Assembly: GCA_963745835.1 (NCBI GenBank)
Contig: CAVUZH010000016.1
Location: forward strand, 320,001 to 384,000
From: an uncultured delta proteobacterium
GTDB lineage: Bacteria; Desulfobacterota; Binatia; UBA9968
Length of the DNA stretch: 64,000 nucleotides
Direction: 5' to 3'
Shown here: piece after piece, positions 60,127-64,000 of the stretch
How positions within the stretch are numbered: the first letter of the stretch is position 1
Layout of the letters: each line of letters begins with the position of its first letter
Made by a program: the position numbers and the translations under genes
Notes under the pieces: generated by a model
Told to the model about the DNA's origin: nothing
What the model saw: the letters and a program-made list of their open reading frames with translations, nothing else
The model's database searches: none

Positions 60127-60840
60127 TCAGAGTCCCATCGATGATCGACGTGATTCGGTCATTTGATCGGAAATGATCAAGCCGTCCTTGAAATGGATTT
60201 GACGCTTGGCGTACTCGGCGATATCGACTTCGTGAGTCACCAAAACGATGGTAATACCCTGATCCCGATTAAGTCTTTGAAACAGACTCATAATTTCGGC
60301 GCTGGTGACGGAGTCGAGATTTCCGGTGGGCTCGTCGGCGAGAATCAACGACGGCCGGTTGACTAAAGCTCTGGCGATGGCCACCCGCTGCTGCTGCCCG
60401 CCCGAAAGTTGATTGGTCGTATGATTAAGACGCTCCTCGAGACCGACCAGCCCGAGCACTTCAAGAGCTCGCTGATGCCGTTGTCTGCCGCTACAGCCGC
60501 TGTACATCATCGGCAGCTCAACATTTTCCAAGGCGGTGGTGCGTGCAAGCAAATTAAAGCCCTGAAACACGAAACCGATACGTTGGTTGCGAATATCCGC
60601 CCATTGATCCGCAGTCAATGCGCCGACTTCATCGCCGTCAAGAAAGTACTTCCCGCTGGTCGGGCGATCGAGACAGCCGAGTATATTCATAAAGGTCGAC
60701 TTGCCCGAGCCGGAAGAACCCATCACCGCAACGAACTCGCCAGTTCCCATGGCCAGAGTCACACCGCGCAACGCCGGCACCTCCATGTCACCCATGCGGT
60801 ATTTTTTCACCAAATCTCTGACCCGGATGAGCTCGGTCAT
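60127..60840 (-). CDS. MacB/LolD-like ABC ATP-binding protein
   Basis: [33 protein letters not shown]. Confidence 0.93.
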   Translation of the reverse strand: MTELIRVRDLVKKYRMGDMEVPALRGVTLAMGTGEFVAVMGSSGSGKSTFMNILGCLDRPTSGKYFLDGDEVGALTADQWADIRNQRIGFVFQGFNLLARTTALENVELPMMYSGCSGRQRHQRALEVLGLVGLEERLNHTTNQLSGGQQQRVAIARALVNRPSLILADEPTGNLDSVTSAEIMSLFQRLNRDQGITIVLVTHEVDIAEYAKRQIHFKDGLIISDQMTESRRSSMGL

Positions 60841-62132
60841 CGGAAGCCGAAACCGCGAGACGGCTGCGGCTGAAATGGATTGGCCACCGCTGGACCGCTA
60901 GAATCAGTGCTGCTCATGCCGATGATCACCGGATCATTTTCTTTGACATCGCCGCTTCTAACTTCGGTTCTCGATCCATCGGTAATGCCTAGCTGAATTT
61001 CCACTGGTTGAGCTTTATCGTCCCTGAGGAGATAGATACGCGCCCGCCTGGTTCCCCCGCCCGCAGCGCCACTTCCACGCGCGGCGCTTTGACGGCTGGT
61101 CCGCCTCTCTCCGACCTTTGGCGCGGTTCGGCTCTGTTCGCGGCGCAAAAGTTCCTGCGCTTCTTCTTTCTCCTCAGGCGGTTTGAAGCGCATTGCCATA
61201 TTCGGGATGGTCAGGACATCTTCTTTTCGGCTGACCAGAAATTGCACATTGGCAGTCATACCGGGTTTGAGCAGCAACTCTTTATTGTCGATGCGGACGA
61301 CCGCGACGTAGGTCACGACATTTTGCACGACAATGGGCGCATTGCGCACCTGATGTACGCGCCCCCTAAAGCGTCGCGACGGAAAGGCGTCCACTGTGAA
61401 CGTGACTTCCTGCGCTTCTCTAACGTTACCGACATCCGCCTCATCGACATTGGTATGAACTTCCATTTGCGCCAAGTCGTTGGCAATCGTAAACAGCGTC
61501 GGCGCCTGAAGTGAAGCCGCCACCGTTTGACCGACATCGACGTTTCTTGAGATCACGAGTCCGTCCACAGGCGAGCGAATCACCGTGTTATTGAGATCTA
61601 CTGTCGCTTGCGTCACTGAGGCTTGAGCCTGCGCCGCCTGCGCCCGGTTCACCTCCACCTGGGCAACGGCGGCGTCGTACGCCGCCTGCGCGGCGTCAAG
61701 ATCGCTTTGCGCCATCAAGTCTTTCGTTCTCAGCTGCCGGTTGCGTTCGAGGGTACGCAACGTATCGGCCACGCCAACCTTACTTTTCTCGATATTCGAC
61801 TGCGCCGCGAGCAAATTCGCGCGCGCCTGATCTTCGGCAGCCCTAAATTTGTCCTGATTCAGTTGGGCAACAATCTGCCCGGCTTTTACTTTGGTGTTGA
61901 AATCGGCGAAGAGCTTTTCGATGGTTCCGGAAACCTGGCTGCCGACTTGCACAGTGACCACCGCCTGCAGAGTTCCGGTTGATGAGACCACCTGGGTGAT
62001 ATTTGCCGTTTGTACCGGCGTGGTGACGTATGGAGATTCTTTGGGGCTATCGCTTAGCTGCCACCAGCCGGCGACACCCAGCCCAATGACGCTTGCCGCT
62101 GCGATCCAGGCGATGGCTTTTTTGCGATTCAC
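60837..62132 (-). CDS. MacA-like periplasmic adaptor (membrane fusion protein)
   Basis: VGSQVSG, IRSPVDG, GQTVAASLQAPTLF, LKPGMTA. Confidence 0.92.
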   Translation of the reverse strand: MNRKKAIAWIAAASVIGLGVAGWWQLSDSPKESPYVTTPVQTANITQVVSSTGTLQAVVTVQVGSQVSGTIEKLFADFNTKVKAGQIVAQLNQDKFRAAEDQARANLLAAQSNIEKSKVGVADTLRTLERNRQLRTKDLMAQSDLDAAQAAYDAAVAQVEVNRAQAAQAQASVTQATVDLNNTVIRSPVDGLVISRNVDVGQTVAASLQAPTLFTIANDLAQMEVHTNVDEADVGNVREAQEVTFTVDAFPSRRFRGRVHQVRNAPIVVQNVVTYVAVVRIDNKELLLKPGMTANVQFLVSRKEDVLTIPNMAMRFKPPEEKEEAQELLRREQSRTAPKVGERRTSRQSAARGSGAAGGGTRRARIYLLRDDKAQPVEIQLGITDGSRTEVRSGDVKENDPVIIGMSSTDSSGPAVANPFQPQPSRGFGFR

Positions 62133-62605
62133 TATTTTTCTTTCAAGCCTCGAAAAACTTTCGCGGCAAAATCGTTGGGATCACGCTGAGTCATTCGGCG
62201 GTAAGTTAATCCGGTAGTTATCTCGGCATTGGGTTCCTGATCCTCGATCACCTGCTCCAGAGTCACGCGAAACCGTGAAACCGCAGGAGTGCCGGACATT
62301 TCAGCTTCGGTCTGGCTCACCGTTCCCTTGAGATAATAATTCAGCGCGTGATCGGCGATCATCAAGGTCACCTTACCGCTTTGCCTGAGATTATTAGCCG
62401 TTGAGCTGTTCTTCCACAGCGCCATATCGATAGTACGTGGATTCTTGGCCACCATTTCGTAATACGACAGCAAAGCCGGATGAGGCCAGCCGTATTCATC
62501 CACCGTGAAAATCGGGATGATCTTACCTTCATAGGATTCCACATCCCGTCCATCCAATCGGCTCAATAGCTCTAGGGTCAACTCATTGCCCAATACTTGT
62601 GACAT
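62132..62605 (-). CDS. Pyridoxamine 5'-phosphate oxidase-like (split-barrel) protein
   Basis: TVDEYGWPH.ALLS, STANNL...GKVTL; start set at ATG 62605. Confidence 0.75.
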   Translation of the reverse strand: MSQVLGNELTLELLSRLDGRDVESYEGKIIPIFTVDEYGWPHPALLSYYEMVAKNPRTIDMALWKNSSTANNLRQSGKVTLMIADHALNYYLKGTVSQTEAEMSGTPAVSRFRVTLEQVIEDQEPNAEITTGLTYRRMTQRDPNDFAAKVFRGLKEK

Positions 62606-62618
62606 TGTCCATCCTTTG

Positions 62619-63098
62619 CTATGCCTGCTCCCTGAACTGCAACTCCTGCCGTTTGCCGAAACCCTGCTCGTTATCGATGAAATATATTTTTTCAGGAACG
62701 ACGCAGTAAAATTTGACTTTAAGAAAGGCCTGGTAAAAAACTCCGCTGCCGGGGGTCGTGAAAAGCTTAATAACCTCAGGATACTTGCGCGCATAAACGG
62801 CCATCGCCTTGGTTTTCTCCAGAGTTGAATCCACCAGCAGCCCTTTTCCTTCCAGCTGAATTCCTTTAATCCGGCGCCAATCCTTGTAATCCTCTTGGAT
62901 CGTGACTGCAACTCGAGCGTTGACAGCGAGATTTTGACAATGGCGCGATTGCGGCGCCGAAAAAAAATAGAGCTTCCATTCTTCACTGGCGTAAAACACC
63001 GTGGCTGCCCACGGCACCTCGTTGGCGCAAGTCGCCAATGTCATGGTGTTATGAGTCTGGAGGTAGTGGATAACCTGCTGCTCTAGATCGTCAGGCAT
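62619..63098 (-). CDS. Pyridoxamine 5'-phosphate oxidase-like protein (YhbP/UPF0306-like)
   Basis: MTLAT, PWAATVFY, SRHCQN, IKGIQLEG, FIDN..GFG. Confidence 0.8.
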   Translation of the reverse strand: MPDDLEQQVIHYLQTHNTMTLATCANEVPWAATVFYASEEWKLYFFSAPQSRHCQNLAVNARVAVTIQEDYKDWRRIKGIQLEGKGLLVDSTLEKTKAMAVYARKYPEVIKLFTTPGSGVFYQAFLKVKFYCVVPEKIYFIDNEQGFGKRQELQFREQA

Positions 63099-63156
63099 AA
63101 AAGCCACCGGCACCAAATAAGCTTAGGATTTATAGATCGAACTGAGATCGAGACGC

Positions 63157-64000
63157 TCACAGGGATTGCCGCAACAATGGAGTTCTACGTAGAGCGCCAA
63201 GATCACGAGCGCCGACACACAACATCGCCACCTTGATCTCGTAGATAATCGAACGCAGCGATTTTACCACCTTTTCGGCGGACTCTAATGCCGGCGCCAG
63301 CAGCGGTTGACCTAAAGCGGCCATGTCGGCCCCGAGAGCTATGGCTTTCGCCATGTCCAAGCCGGAGCGAATGCCGCCGGAAGCGACCAGGGTCATTTCC
63401 GGGAGGACTTCCCGTACCGCAATCAGCGATTGATCTGTTGGAATACCCCAGTCGGCAAACGAGACATCCACCGGTTGCCCGGCCTTGGCAGCCCTGGAGG
63501 CTTCGACCGCGTACCAAGAAGTGCCGCCCTTGCCCGCGACATCGATGGCTTTGACGCCCGCGCGCGCAAGCCGCACGGCAACTTCGGCCGAGATGCCGCT
63601 GCCGACTTCTTTGGCGACCACCGCTACCTCCAGATCACGACAAATCGCCGCTATTTTAGCCGTCAAGCCGGAAAAATTGCGGTTGCCCTCGGGCTGGACA
63701 GCTTCCTGGAGAACGTTCAGATGTAAAATTAGGGCATCGGCACCGATCATTTCCACGGCGCGTCGACACTGATCCAGACCGTAACCGTAATTGAGTTGAA
63801 CAGCACCGAGATTGGCGAGCAGGAGGATGTCCGGGGCAACTTCCCTGACTTGAAAAGATTCTGCGGCGGATGGTTCTTCAATGGCGACGCGCTGCGACCC
63901 GACCCCCATCGCCAAACCGAGCTCTTGCGCCGCGGCAGCAAGATTGCGGTTGACCGTTCGCGCCAAGCTGAAGCCGCCAGTCATCGAGGAGATCAGTAAA
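63157..64000 (-). CDS. fni: Type 2 isopentenyl-diphosphate isomerase (5' end outside the window)
   Basis: ISSMTGG, GVGSQR, HLN.LQE.VQPEG, KEVG.G, GGTSW, ASGGIR. Confidence 0.95.
   Translation of the reverse strand, partial: LLISSMTGGFSLARTVNRNLAAAAQELGLAMGVGSQRVAIEEPSAAESFQVREVAPDILLLANLGAVQLNYGYGLDQCRRAVEMIGADALILHLNVLQEAVQPEGNRNFSGLTAKIAAICRDLEVAVVAKEVGSGISAEVAVRLARAGVKAIDVAGKGGTSWYAVEASRAAKAGQPVDVSFADWGIPTDQSLIAVREVLPEMTLVASGGIRSGLDMAKAIALGADMAALGQPLLAPALESAEKVVKSLRSIIYEIKVAMLCVGARDLGALRRTPLLRQSL

Overview
Bacterial genomic window of moderate GC. It is plausibly from Candidatus Binatota or a Deltaproteobacteria-like lineage; this is inferred from gene content (COG2984-type and NMT1-type substrate-binding proteins, AsmA proteins) and is not proven. 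Two compact housekeeping arms flank a variable region. The left arm (1-19.1 kb) holds typA, an AsmA-like gene, tatA, an HtrA protease, mgtE, purMN, an NMT1-type ABC transporter, a FemAB-like GNAT, DUF1178 and an ornithine cyclodeaminase. The right arm (42.3-64 kb) holds a His-rich methyltransferase, EVE, DUF885, nfo, VIT1, a peroxiredoxin, TetR, a paaFGHJ-like cluster, AsmA, rnr, a MacAB-like exporter, two PNPOx-like genes and fni. The ~23 kb variable region (about 19.2-42.2 kb) is rich in pseudogenes. Signals the ORF track does not explain: (1) a signal-peptide-bearing leader ORF whose stop codon abuts a hairpin sequestering the terC ribosome-binding site, a SecM/MifM-like architecture; (2) four integron attC-like sites with no integrase in view (a CALIN), whose cassettes carry methyltransferases and signal-less substrate-binding-fold proteins; (3) an unannotated AhpD/CMD-family CxxU selenoprotein gene with a SECIS-like hairpin; (4) two degenerate copies of a phage-like module bracketing a stress-gene cargo with sigma54-type promoters, plus an iteron-like cluster and a HEPN-motif protein; (5) several repeat families (an inverted MITE pair, GTTCCAAT palindromes, ~80 bp gene-junction duplications). 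No rRNA, tRNA or CRISPR array was recognised. All family calls come from motif recognition, not database searches.
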